Position numbers and translations under genes: made by a program
Shown: in pieces, positions 63,912-64,000 of the stretch
Layout: each line of letters opens with the position of its first letter
Position numbering within the stretch: position 1 is the stretch's first letter
The notes under the pieces: model-generated
What the model saw: only the letters and a program-made list of their open reading frames with translations
Told to the model about the DNA's origin: nothing
Databases searched by the model: none
Assembly: GCF_963921235.1 (NCBI RefSeq)
Contig: NC_086097.1
Span: forward strand, 222,706,001 to 222,770,000
Origin: Mobula hypostoma
Lineage: Eukaryota
Direction of reading: 5' to 3'
DNA length: 64,000 bases

Positions 63912-64000
63912 TGTTGGCGGTGATCGTTATTAATAAGATGTTTAATAGTTTTCATTCTTTTGTATTTTGCCACCAGTAAGTAGTCGCTGGGCATCAACAG

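Overview
Repeat-dense eukaryotic genomic DNA. The repeat mix (CR1, Rex1/Babar, L1, RTE, Penelope, Gypsy, Tc1) suggests a cartilaginous fish; this is an inference. One host gene is clear: TERF1 (telomeric repeat-binding factor 1) on the + strand, with six phase-consistent coding exons at 32784-55782 covering the TRFH domain and continuing past the window end. Most other sequence is nested transposon debris, and several insertions are delimited by visible target-site duplications (TSDs). Highlights: (1) a near-intact RTE LINE whose TSD-bounded insertion also carries a GC-rich 5' passenger containing an intron-less methylmalonyl-CoA epimerase (MCEE) fragment; (2) minimal hammerhead ribozymes in Penelope 3' ends, which also occur as ~100-130 bp solo modules with their own TSDs, one intact and sense-strand inside TERF1 intron 2; (3) a speculative 7-exon, 136-aa unidentified ORF on the - strand assembled from TE-free islands; (4) a divergent pair of CTCF-like motifs. 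No database search was possible, so family names come from motif recognition.
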